A stretch of DNA of 64,000 bases, from contig CACMQS010000006.1 of NCBI GenBank assembly GCA_902615845.1, forward strand, positions 23,678 through 87,677, in the 5' to 3' direction. The notes beneath the pieces are model-generated. The model worked only from the letters and a program-made list of their open reading frames with translations, was not told the origin of the DNA and searched no databases. Each line of letters starts with the position of its first letter. Positions within the stretch are counted from its first letter, which is position 1. Position numbers and translations under genes: made by a program. This document shows, in pieces, positions 1-8,683 of the stretch. This stretch comes from an uncultured Alphaproteobacteria bacterium (GTDB taxonomy: Bacteria > Pseudomonadota > Alphaproteobacteria > HIMB59 > GCA-002718135).

Positions 1-1170
1 TTTAAAAGCTTTATTAAAATCATCAGCAATTAATTTTCTTACTTTTTGTGCCTTAAGATAATATGCATCATAATAGCCTGCAGATAATACGTATGTTCCT
101 ATTAAAATTCTTCTTTTTACTTCTCTTCCAAAACCTTGAGCTCTTGTATTTTCATACATTTCATCAAGAGAATCAATTTCATCAGATCTAAAACCATATT
201 TTACTCCATCATAACGAGCTAAATTTGAGGAAGCTTCAGCAGGTGCAATAATATAATAAGTAGGAAGTGCATATTTAGTATGAGGAAGTGAAATATTTTT
301 AATTTTAACACCTTTTTTTTCTAAAACCTTGATAGCATCTTCCCATATCTGACTTATTTCCATTGGTGTACCATCAATAGAATACTCTTTTGGTATACCA
401 ACAGTTTTCCCATTTAGATCATCATCTAAATTTTCAAAATAATTTGGAATATCTATTTTAGCACTTGTACTATCTCTTTGATCAAACCCAGCGATGGATT
501 GTAATAATATTGATGCATCTTCAACATTATGAGAAAAAATTCCTGCTTGATCCAAACTAGATGCAAATGCAGCTATACCCCATCGGGAACATAAACCATA
601 TGTTGGTTTGATACCCACAACACCACAAAAGCTAGCTGGTTGTCTTATTGATCCACCTGTATCTGTTCCAGTTGCCCCTAAACATAAATCTGCTGCAACT
701 GCGGCTGCGGAACCACCAGAAGATCCACCAGGTGCTAAAGGCTCATTTTCTTGTGATAGGGGATTAATTGTATTTCCAAAAAAACTTGTATTAGTAGCTG
801 AGCCCATAGCAAACTCATCTAGATTTGTTTTACCAACAAAAATAGATCCTTCATCTAATAATTTTTGAGTAACAAATGATTCATAAGTTGGATTAAAATT
901 TTCTAAAATCTTTGAAGCTGCAGTTGTAGGCATACTTTTAGTACAAAATAGATCCTTGATTGCAATCGGAATACCTTTTAATTTTTTTGCTGAATTATCT
1001 TTCTCTAAGTTATCTATCTGCTTTAAAACATTCTCTTCACTAAAATGAATAAAAACATTTAAGTTTTCATTTTCCTTAATTCTTTTTAAATAATCCTGAT
1101 TTAATTCTCTTATTGATATTTTTTTTGTATCGAGATCTTTTAAAGTTTGTTTCAAAGATGATTTAGACAT
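1..1170 (-). CDS. gatA: Glu/Asp-tRNA amidotransferase subunit A (N-terminal ~390 codons; C-terminus lies beyond the left edge)
   Basis: Absent from the ORF track because it runs off the window. Minus-strand translation from ATG (1170-1168) reads [25 protein letters not shown]... The amidase signature [13 protein letters not shown] and [12 protein letters not shown] are readable around 640-735. The ATG overlaps the gatC stop (TAATG). Confidence 0.93.
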   Translation of the reverse strand, partial: MSKSSLKQTLKDLDTKKISIRELNQDYLKRIKENENLNVFIHFSEENVLKQIDNLEKDNSAKKLKGIPIAIKDLFCTKSMPTTAASKILENFNPTYESFVTQKLLDEGSIFVGKTNLDEFAMGSATNTSFFGNTINPLSQENEPLAPGGSSGGSAAAVAADLCLGATGTDTGGSIRQPASFCGVVGIKPTYGLCSRWGIAAFASSLDQAGIFSHNVEDASILLQSIAGFDQRDSTSAKIDIPNYFENLDDDLNGKTVGIPKEYSIDGTPMEISQIWEDAIKVLEKKGVKIKNISLPHTKYALPTYYIIAPAEASSNLARYDGVKYGFRSDEIDSLDEMYENTRAQGFGREVKRRILIGTYVLSAGYYDAYYLKAQKVRKLIADDFNKAFK

Positions 1171-1457
1171 TATTCTACCACCTTTGGTACTGCAAAAAAT
1201 CCTTCGAGTTTATCAGGAGCATTTTCAAGAATTTCCTCACTAGAATTAGTATCATTAGATACATCTTCTCTTTTAGGTAAAATTGATGATGATATGTTAC
1301 TTAACGGTTCTACATTTTCAGTATTTACTTCATTTAACTGCTCTACCCAGTCTAAAATGGAATTAAGATCCTTAATATAATCTTCAGATTCTTTATCATC
1401 TAACTTTATTCTAGATAGACGAGCAATTTTATTTATTGTATTTTTATCAATCTTCAA
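1170..1457 (-). CDS. gatC: Glu/Asp-tRNA amidotransferase subunit C
   Basis: 95 aa with a GatC-like N-terminus ([22 protein letters not shown]) and C-terminal FFAVPKV, directly upstream of gatA. It has a TTG start with GGAG 8 nt upstream (minus strand, 1466-1469) and no in-frame ATG. Confidence 0.9.
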   Translation of the reverse strand: MKIDKNTINKIARLSRIKLDDKESEDYIKDLNSILDWVEQLNEVNTENVEPLSNISSSILPKREDVSNDTNSSEEILENAPDKLEGFFAVPKVVE

Positions 1458-1474
1458 TTTATGAGCTCCATTAT

Positions 1475-1933
1475 ATGAATGATCAAAATAATTTAATCGA
1501 TGGCCTTAATACATCACAAATACTTGTAGGTCTAGACCTAGGAACTAAAACGATTGGTGTTGCAGTAAGCGATAGATCAAAAATAATCGCTACACCTCTT
1601 TCTATTATCCAAAGAAAAGGAACTAATAAAGATTTAATTATAATGAAAGATATTTTGAAAGAGTATGAAATTGGTGGATTTATTCTTGGTCTACCGATTA
1701 GCCTGGATAATAATGAAAACAAACAAAGCCAATTAGTAAGAGATTTTAATATTAATCTTCAAACCTTTTTTAAGAAACCTACAGCTCTTTGGGATGAAAG
1801 ATTTTCATCAGATGTAATCTTTAAAGAAATGAGAAAAACCGATTTAAGTAAAACAAAGATAAAAAGTAAACTTGATCAACAATCGGCTGCTTATATTTTA
1901 CAAGGATATTTAGATAGATATAGAAATAATTAA
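1475..1933 (+). CDS. ruvX: Holliday junction resolvase-like pre-16S rRNA nuclease RuvX/YqgF
   Basis: GLDLGTKTIGVAVSD motif near the N-terminus. The first ATG is at 1475. The track's TTG at 1436 would overlap the gatC start and its SD, so I prefer 1475. Confidence 0.88.
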   Translation: MNDQNNLIDGLNTSQILVGLDLGTKTIGVAVSDRSKIIATPLSIIQRKGTNKDLIIMKDILKEYEIGGFILGLPISLDNNENKQSQLVRDFNINLQTFFKKPTALWDERFSSDVIFKEMRKTDLSKTKIKSKLDQQSAAYILQGYLDRYRNN

Positions 1934-1942
1934 GAAATTAGT

Positions 1943-1971
1943 TTACACATACTTACACATTATTGACACAT
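1943..1971 (+). repeat. Three phased direct repeats TTACACAT / TTACACAT / TGACACAT (starts 1943, 1953, 1964); the last contains a perfect TTGACA
   Basis: Read directly in the 29-nt ruvX-pyrB spacer. The 10-11 nt phasing equals one helical turn. Confidence 0.3.
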
Positions 1972-3117
1972 ATGAATTCAAAGCTACTTAAATCAGGACA
2001 CATAAAATTATATAAAAGAGAAAATTCAAAATATTGGCAAATGAAAGTGAAAATGCCAAAATTAAAAGCAATCAGATCATCTACAGGTTCAAAAATTCTT
2101 AAAGATGCAGAAAAAATAGCTTTAAAATATTATTCATCAATTTCTTCAAAAACAAATATCAAATTAAAAAGAAGTAAAAATATTTTTAAAAAAATTCATT
2201 TAGTAGAAACAGCTGATTTAACCAAGAAAGAAATTGAGCACATTTTAGATGAATCTAAAAAATATATCACTTTTAATAAAAGGAAAATTAAAAAAATTAA
2301 TATTTTAGAAGGAAGAACAATATTTAATCTTTTTTTTGAAGATTCAACAAGAACAAGAACAAGTTTTGAAGTTGCTGCTAAAAGGCTAGGAGCAGATCTC
2401 ATTAATGTAGTGGTAAAAGATAGTTCTATTAACAAAGGTGAGACCTTACTCGATACTATGACTACTATTAATTCAATGAATCCTGACGTTTTAATTGTCA
2501 GACATCCAGAGGAAGGAATTAGTAAAAAAATTTCAGAAACAGTAGATGCGTCTGTAATTAACGCTGGTGATGGTAGTCATGAGCATCCCACACAAGCGTT
2601 ATTAGATGCACTTACTATTAAAAATAAATTTGAAAATTTTGCAAAATTAAAAATTGCTATTTGCGGGGATATTTTACATAGCCGTGTTGCTCGATCAAAC
2701 ATAATCATACTATCAAAGTTAGGTGCAAAAATAAATGTTATTGGGCCTAAAGAATGGTTACCAAAAAGTTTAAATAAACTACCTGTGAACGTTTATACAG
2801 AAATGAAAAAGGGATTACAGAATTGTGATATTGTTATGATGCTACGTATTCAAAAAGAAAGAATATTTGGGAAAATAATGCCAAATCAAAAGATTTATTT
2901 TAAAAAGTATGGTTTAGATTACAATAAACTTAAATATGCAAAAAAAAATGCTTTCGTGATGCATCCAGGTCCAATGAACCGTGGTGTAGAAATAGACTCC
3001 AAACTTGCCGATGACGTCACGAGGAGCTTAATACAAGAACAGGTCGCTATGGGTGTTGCAGTACGAATGGCATGCTTAGACTTAATTATTAAAAACAGAG
3101 ATGACTTTAGTAAGTAG
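1963..3117 (+). CDS. pyrB: Aspartate carbamoyltransferase catalytic subunit (ORF carries an unusual ~77-codon N-terminal extension; true start uncertain)
   Basis: Core motifs FFEDSTRTRTSFE, HPTQALLD and HPGPMNRG are present. The conserved N-terminus (HLVETADLTKKEI) begins only at about nt 2197. In-frame starts upstream are TTG 1963 and ATG 1972, 2041 and 2053. Confidence 0.9.
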   Translation: MTHMNSKLLKSGHIKLYKRENSKYWQMKVKMPKLKAIRSSTGSKILKDAEKIALKYYSSISSKTNIKLKRSKNIFKKIHLVETADLTKKEIEHILDESKKYITFNKRKIKKINILEGRTIFNLFFEDSTRTRTSFEVAAKRLGADLINVVVKDSSINKGETLLDTMTTINSMNPDVLIVRHPEEGISKKISETVDASVINAGDGSHEHPTQALLDALTIKNKFENFAKLKIAICGDILHSRVARSNIIILSKLGAKINVIGPKEWLPKSLNKLPVNVYTEMKKGLQNCDIVMMLRIQKERIFGKIMPNQKIYFKKYGLDYNKLKYAKKNAFVMHPGPMNRGVEIDSKLADDVTRSLIQEQVAMGVAVRMACLDLIIKNRDDFSK

Positions 3118-3706
3118 TTTATCATTAATCATATTGTTTTATGTAATAGGATCATTACCCTTTGCATTGATTTTTACAAAATTATTTGGCTTGGGAGATA
3201 TTAGAAAGGTTGGTTCTGGAAATGTAGGTGCAACAAATGTTTTAAGAACAGGAAATAAATTTCTAGCATTCATTGTTCTTTGTTTTGATATTTTTAAAGG
3301 TTTTCTTCCATTCCTCATTTTACAAATATATTTTCAAGATATTTCTTTATTGAATAAAATACTTCTCTGTCACTTTGCTATATTAGGTCATATCTATCCT
3401 GTTTGGTTAAAATTTAAAGGTGGAAAAGGTGTTGCAACGTATATTGGTTTCTTATTTGGTCTTAATCCTTACATTGCAATTTTATTTTTATTAGTATGGC
3501 TTGTTACTGCTTTTGTAAGTAAATACTCTTCTCTTGGATCTTTAATTGGAATTTTAGTAGCTCCAGCTTATTATATTTTTATTAATTTTAATTTATATAT
3601 TCTAATTTTCTTTATTTATTTAACTTTAATTATTTATCTTAAACACACAGAAAACATTAAAAGAGTCATAAACAAAACTGAAAGTAAAATTAAATTATCC
3701 AAGTAA
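3101..3706 (+). CDS. plsY: Glycerol-3-phosphate acyltransferase PlsY
   Basis: GSGNVGATNVLRTG motif in a polytopic membrane protein of 201 aa. It overlaps the pyrB 3' end by 17 nt. Confidence 0.93.
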   Translation: MTLVSSLSLIILFYVIGSLPFALIFTKLFGLGDIRKVGSGNVGATNVLRTGNKFLAFIVLCFDIFKGFLPFLILQIYFQDISLLNKILLCHFAILGHIYPVWLKFKGGKGVATYIGFLFGLNPYIAILFLLVWLVTAFVSKYSSLGSLIGILVAPAYYIFINFNLYILIFFIYLTLIIYLKHTENIKRVINKTESKIKLSK

Positions 3707-3752
3707 AAATATACTTTTTTTTAAAATTTCTTGACGAATTATCTTTAAACTG

Positions 3753-3771
3753 AAATTTGGGGCCCAAATTT
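3753..3771. promoter_or_regulatory. 19-bp palindrome AAATTTGGG-G-CCCAAATTT immediately 5' of the topA ATG
   Basis: 9-bp arms read directly, with a GC core in otherwise AT-rich DNA. It ends 1 nt before ATG 3772. Confidence 0.4.
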
Positions 3772-6297
3772 ATGAATGTATTAATTGTTGAATCACCATC
3801 GAAGGCAAAGTCTATTAATAAATATTTAGGCTCTGACTTCAAAGTTCTCGCAAGTGTTGGGCATGTCCGAGATTTATCAGCAAAAAATGATGCGATAGAT
3901 ACTGAAAATGATTTCCAAATGAAATGGGAGACAAGTGATCGTGGGAAAAAAGTAATAAAAGAAATTACAGATGCTGCAAAAAAATCTGAAAATTTATATC
4001 TTGCAACTGACCCAGACCGTGAGGGTGAAGCTATAGCTTGGCATGTAGAAAAACTACTTAGAGATAATTCATCACTTTCAAAATTAAATATTCACCGTGT
4101 TACATTTAATGAAATTACCAAAAATGCCGTTCTTGATAGTCTTAAAGAACCAAGAGAAATAGATGAGAATTTAGTAAATGCCTATCTTGCAAGAAGAGCT
4201 CTAGATTTTCTTGTCGGTTTTACACTTTCCCCAGTGCTATGGAGAAAATTACCAGGTTCAAAATCAGCAGGTAGAGTTCAATCCGTTGCCTTAAGAATAA
4301 TTAGTGAAAGAGAACTTGAAATAGAAAAATTTATTCCTCAGGAATATTGGTCTTTACAAGGCGAGTTTAGAAATAAAGAAGATAAAATCATTAATTCTAG
4401 ACTAACAGTTTATGATGGAAATAAAGTAGATAAACTTGATATTAAAAATGAGAGTGAAGCGACAAAAATTTTCAACGATATTAAACAATCTACTTTCACT
4501 GTTGGAAATATTACGAAAAAAGAAGCTAGAAGAAATCCTTACCCAGCTTTTACTACATCTACAATGCAAATTGAGTCTAGTCGTAAACTTGGTCTTAGTG
4601 CAAGTCAAACAATGCGCACAGCTCAACGCCTTTATGAAGGAACAGATATTAAAGGAGAAACAACTGGCTTAATAACTTATATGCGAACAGATAGTGTCGT
4701 CATGTCCAAAGAAGCTATTAACCAAGTTCGAGGTTTTGTTACTGATAATTATGGGGCAAACTATTTACCAGAGGCGCCAAGAGTTTATAAATCGAAGGCT
4801 AAAAATGCTCAAGAAGCACATGAATGTATTAGACCAACAAATATTTATCTAACACCAAAAGATATTAAGCAATACATTACTTTGGAAGAATACAAATTGT
4901 ATGAAATTATATGGCAAAGAGCGGTAAGTTCTCAAATGGCGAGTGCTGTATTAGATCAAGTAGCCGTTGATATTACAAATGAAGATAAAAAAATTGTTTT
5001 ACGAGCAAATGGATCAACAATTAAGTTTCCTGGAATGTACAAAGTTTATCAAGAAGCTAAAGATGATGATAAAGATGAAGAAAAAGAAACAATTCTTCCT
5101 GCCATGAGTGAAGGAGAGAGTTTAAATTTAAAAGAAGTTGAAAAGACACAGCATTTTACCTCCCCTCCTCCTCGTTACACCGAAGCAAGCTTAGTTAAAA
5201 AACTTGAAGAACTTGGTATTGGTAGACCATCTACTTATGCTTCTATTATTAAAGTTCTACAAGATAGAGATTATGTTATTTTGGATAAAAAACGTTTTAA
5301 TCCTCATGATAGAGGAAGAATAGTATCGATATTTTTAGAGAAATATTTCAATCAATATGTCGAATATGATTTTACCGCTGATCTTGAAAATCAACTTGAT
5401 GAAATTTCTGATGGTAAGCTTGATTGGAAAGAGGTTCTAAGAAAATTTTGGGAAACGTTTAAACAACTTTGTGATGAAACTGTTGGCAAATCAAATAGAG
5501 AAGTGATTGATGTGTTAGATGAAGCACTAGGTCCACATTTCTTTCCACCAAATGGAGCAGATGAAAAAAGGAAATGTCCAACTTGTGATAATGGAAGATT
5601 AGGAATTAAAGTTGGAAAGTTTGGAGGATTTATTGGTTGCTCTAATTATCCTGATTGCAAATATACAGTTCAGTTTAATCAATTAAACGATAAAGATGGT
5701 GCTGCTCTTAGTGGACCAAAAGAAATTGGTATTTATCCAGAAACAGGTGAAATGATTACTCTTCGAAAAGGTCCTTATGGATTTTATATGCAAGTTGGTG
5801 AAGGGACAAAAGAAAAGAAACCAAAAAGAGTTTCTATTCCTAAGAATTTTGAGCCAGATGAAATAGGATTAAACACAGCTATTCAATTACTTGGTTTGCC
5901 ACGTAAATTAGGATTTCATCCGGAAACAAATAAAACAGTTAGTGCCGGTATTGGAATGTATGGACCATATATTCTTCATGATAAAAAATATAAAGCTCTA
6001 GAAAAAACAGATAATATTCTTGATATTGAACTTGAAAGGGCTATCGAATTAATTGCTAAGCCTACACAGAGAGGTAATGCGACGTTAAAAACATTTGGAG
6101 AGCATCCAACAGAAAAGAAAAATATTACTGCTCATGATGGAAAATTTGGACCATATGTAAAATGTGGAAAAATAAATGCATCAATTCTTGGTGATCAAAC
6201 AATTGATAGCTTAAAACTAGAAGATGCCATTAGGTTAATTGATGAAAGAAAAGCTAAAATGGGTCTCAAAAAAAAGAAAAAGACAGTTAAGAATTGA
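3772..6297 (+). CDS. topA: DNA topoisomerase I
   Basis: Toprim motifs VESPSKAK and DPDREGEAIAWH, active-site Tyr context GLITYMRTDS, and a C-terminal Cys4 zinc ribbon CPTCDNG...CSNYPDC. The ATG at 3772 (MNVLIVESP) is preferred over the track's TTG at 3757. Confidence 0.96.
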   Translation: MNVLIVESPSKAKSINKYLGSDFKVLASVGHVRDLSAKNDAIDTENDFQMKWETSDRGKKVIKEITDAAKKSENLYLATDPDREGEAIAWHVEKLLRDNSSLSKLNIHRVTFNEITKNAVLDSLKEPREIDENLVNAYLARRALDFLVGFTLSPVLWRKLPGSKSAGRVQSVALRIISERELEIEKFIPQEYWSLQGEFRNKEDKIINSRLTVYDGNKVDKLDIKNESEATKIFNDIKQSTFTVGNITKKEARRNPYPAFTTSTMQIESSRKLGLSASQTMRTAQRLYEGTDIKGETTGLITYMRTDSVVMSKEAINQVRGFVTDNYGANYLPEAPRVYKSKAKNAQEAHECIRPTNIYLTPKDIKQYITLEEYKLYEIIWQRAVSSQMASAVLDQVAVDITNEDKKIVLRANGSTIKFPGMYKVYQEAKDDDKDEEKETILPAMSEGESLNLKEVEKTQHFTSPPPRYTEASLVKKLEELGIGRPSTYASIIKVLQDRDYVILDKKRFNPHDRGRIVSIFLEKYFNQYVEYDFTADLENQLDEISDGKLDWKEVLRKFWETFKQLCDETVGKSNREVIDVLDEALGPHFFPPNGADEKRKCPTCDNGRLGIKVGKFGGFIGCSNYPDCKYTVQFNQLNDKDGAALSGPKEIGIYPETGEMITLRKGPYGFYMQVGEGTKEKKPKRVSIPKNFEPDEIGLNTAIQLLGLPRKLGFHPETNKTVSAGIGMYGPYILHDKKYKALEKTDNILDIELERAIELIAKPTQRGNATLKTFGEHPTEKKNITAHDGKFGPYVKCGKINASILGDQTIDSLKLEDAIRLIDERKAKMGLKKKKKTVKN

Positions 6298-6327
6298 ATT
6301 AAGCTGAAATAGTTTTAAATAGAGAAT

Positions 6328-7650
6328 ATGGCAAAAAATATATCTCTTTCAACAATTAAAACTTTCAAAAATAAATTTTTAAGAAATAATAAAAATACTG
6401 CGTCTCGTAATGCATTAATTAAAAATGATTTAGCTAATGTTGCACTTAATTGGGAAAACTTTAGTCAAATCAATCATAATTTTTCTAATCTAATAAAAAA
6501 AGAACTACCTGCAACAAATCAAATGGCATCAGGTAGATGTTGGGGATTTGCAGGATTAAATCTTATGCGCTTACAAGTTGTTGATAGCCTTGAACTAAAT
6601 ACATTTGAGTTTTCACAAAATTATTTCATGTTTTGGGATAAGTTAGAGAAAGCAAACTATTTTTTAGAGAATATTATCAAATCAAGAGATGAATCATATG
6701 AGAGCAGATTAATTACTCATCTTTTAAAAGCACCTGTACAAGATGGTGGACAGTGGGATATGTTTGTAAACTTAATCAACAAGTACGGTGCAGTTCCAAA
6801 AGATGTAATGCCTGAAACAAATCATAGCAGTAAATCTGGTGCTATGAATTATATTCTTACACACAAATTAAGAGAGTTTGGTTCTATACTAAGAAAGAGA
6901 CCAGCAAAAAATTCTTCATCTCTTAAAAAAAACATGATGGAAACAATCTATAATTTACTTGCAATGTTTCTTGGTCAACCGCCTGATGTTATCAATTGGT
7001 CTACTAGAAATAAAGATAATAGACACATTGTCATTTCAGATACGACACCAATTGATTTCTGCAAAAAATATGCAGATATCAATATTAAAGATAAAGTTTG
7101 CTTAATTCATGCTCCAATGAGCAATAAAAAATTTAATACAATGTATACCGTTGAATATCTTGGTAATGTTGTTGAAGGACAAATTATTAAATATCTTAAT
7201 GTAGATATTAAAGAATTAAAAAAATCAGCAATGGACTCTATAAAAAACAATGAAGCTGTATGGTTTGGTTGTGATGTTGGGAAACGTTTTAGTCGTGATA
7301 TGGGTGTACTTGATATGGGCATTTACGACTATGAAAATGTCTTCCAAACTTCATTTAAGATGAATAAACAGACTCGCTTAGAGTATGGTGATAGTGAAAT
7401 GACTCATGCCATGCTTTTAACGGGAGTCGATATTAAAAAAAGAAATTCAACTAAATGGAAAATTGAAAATAGCTGGGGAACGAAAAGTGGTAATCAAGGA
7501 TATATGATGATGACTGATGAATGGTTTGATGAATATACCTATGAAGTTGTCATTGATAAAAAATATTTAAATAAAAGACTTTTAAAATACTTAGATATGG
7601 AACCAGTAGCACTTGCACCTTGGGATCCTATGGGAGCTTTGGCAAGATAA
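6328..7650 (+). CDS. pepC: Aminopeptidase C / bleomycin-hydrolase family cysteine peptidase (C1B)
   Basis: Catalytic Cys context QMASGRCWGFAG, His context THAMLLTGV, ENSWG, and the family-typical C-terminus PWDPMGALAR. Confidence 0.88.
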   Translation: MAKNISLSTIKTFKNKFLRNNKNTASRNALIKNDLANVALNWENFSQINHNFSNLIKKELPATNQMASGRCWGFAGLNLMRLQVVDSLELNTFEFSQNYFMFWDKLEKANYFLENIIKSRDESYESRLITHLLKAPVQDGGQWDMFVNLINKYGAVPKDVMPETNHSSKSGAMNYILTHKLREFGSILRKRPAKNSSSLKKNMMETIYNLLAMFLGQPPDVINWSTRNKDNRHIVISDTTPIDFCKKYADINIKDKVCLIHAPMSNKKFNTMYTVEYLGNVVEGQIIKYLNVDIKELKKSAMDSIKNNEAVWFGCDVGKRFSRDMGVLDMGIYDYENVFQTSFKMNKQTRLEYGDSEMTHAMLLTGVDIKKRNSTKWKIENSWGTKSGNQGYMMMTDEWFDEYTYEVVIDKKYLNKRLLKYLDMEPVALAPWDPMGALAR

Positions 7651-8646
7651 TTAAGTTTTTGATATTTTTGAGATATCTACTCTATAATAATTTTCAGAAT
7701 TAAACGCTAACTTGATAAGATAAGGTAATGTTGTTTTATAGAAATGGAATAAACCATAAAATGGTTCAGGTAGCTCATCCTTAATTTCTTTTCGCAGTTT
7801 CTTGAGATTATAAGAAGGCACCATTGGAAAAAGATGATGCTCAAGGTGATACTCCATATGCCAATAATAAAAACTTAATATTGGATTTAAAATAATAGTA
7901 TGAGTACTTAATCGATGGTCATGAGTATCAAATTTAGCTGCTAAATGCTGAGTAACATTAACAGCAAAGTGAATAGGTCTGCCTACAAATGGTGGTAAAA
8001 AATAAAAAATAAGTAACCAGAACGTTTGTAAATAAATCGAAGCTGTAATAATTAAAATCCAAAAGAGTATTAAAATTCTAGCATTCCAGATAATTTTGTT
8101 CCACTGATTTTTTGGAGCTGATATTATATTACTTGGATTCATTATTCCAAAAGCAAGCTTAGTTACTGTAACAAAACTTGACTGATGAATATAAAATAAA
8201 TCGGTTAAAGGAATAAATTTTAAAAAAAATTTTAATAAATCAGTAGGTCTTGTCACTTCAATTTCATGATCATACTCTCCTTCTGTTTGTAATGTGTTTG
8301 AATGATGAAAGGTATGGCTCCATCTAAAACTTAAAGGCTCTGAATGTAGTTGAAAAAAAGAAATATAACAAAACACTTCATTGATCCATCGAGATTTAAA
8401 AGCTGTCCTGTGAATTGTTTCATGTCCATTAGCCACAGCAAATGTATAAATTGTAGAATAAATGAAAAAAAATATTAAAAAAAACCACGTTCCCCAAAAA
8501 ATAAAAGAAAGGTAACCAAAAATAATTAATGATAAAAAGTAAACTGCAAAATGAATAAGTCCTGGAATATCACTTCTTTTTGAAAGTTCTTTTAATTTAT
8601 TTTTATCAATTTTAGGCTTAAACCAAGTTGATGAATCTGCGTGCAT
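7651..8646 (-). CDS. Membrane fatty-acid desaturase family protein (substrate not assignable)
   Basis: Three histidine boxes (HETIH, HTFHH, HLEHH) and several hydrophobic segments. Its stop codon directly abuts the pepC stop. Confidence 0.85.
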   Translation of the reverse strand: MHADSSTWFKPKIDKNKLKELSKRSDIPGLIHFAVYFLSLIIFGYLSFIFWGTWFFLIFFFIYSTIYTFAVANGHETIHRTAFKSRWINEVFCYISFFQLHSEPLSFRWSHTFHHSNTLQTEGEYDHEIEVTRPTDLLKFFLKFIPLTDLFYIHQSSFVTVTKLAFGIMNPSNIISAPKNQWNKIIWNARILILFWILIITASIYLQTFWLLIFYFLPPFVGRPIHFAVNVTQHLAAKFDTHDHRLSTHTIILNPILSFYYWHMEYHLEHHLFPMVPSYNLKKLRKEIKDELPEPFYGLFHFYKTTLPYLIKLAFNSENYYRVDISKISKT

Positions 8647-8683
8647 AGTAATTAATTATATTTTAATATTGATATTTTTAAAT

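Noticed and set aside
608-868. 86-aa plus-strand ORF from the track.
   Set aside because: It lies entirely antisense within gatA, whose minus-strand translation carries the amidase signature [13 protein letters not shown] in the same nucleotides. The plus-strand product is Pro/Ala-rich mirror-frame noise.
1436-1474. The track's TTG-initiated 13-codon N-terminal extension of ruvX, which overlaps the gatC start.
   Set aside because: The extension would run across the gatC TTG start and its GGAG ribosome-binding site. The first ATG (1475) gives a RuvX N-terminus of normal length before GLDLGTKTIGVA.
3701-3722. AAGTA-aaaata-TACTT followed by a T8 tract just after the plsY stop, a possible intrinsic terminator.
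   Set aside because: The stem is only 5 bp with a single G:C pair and would be marginally stable at best. T-tracts are ubiquitous in this composition.
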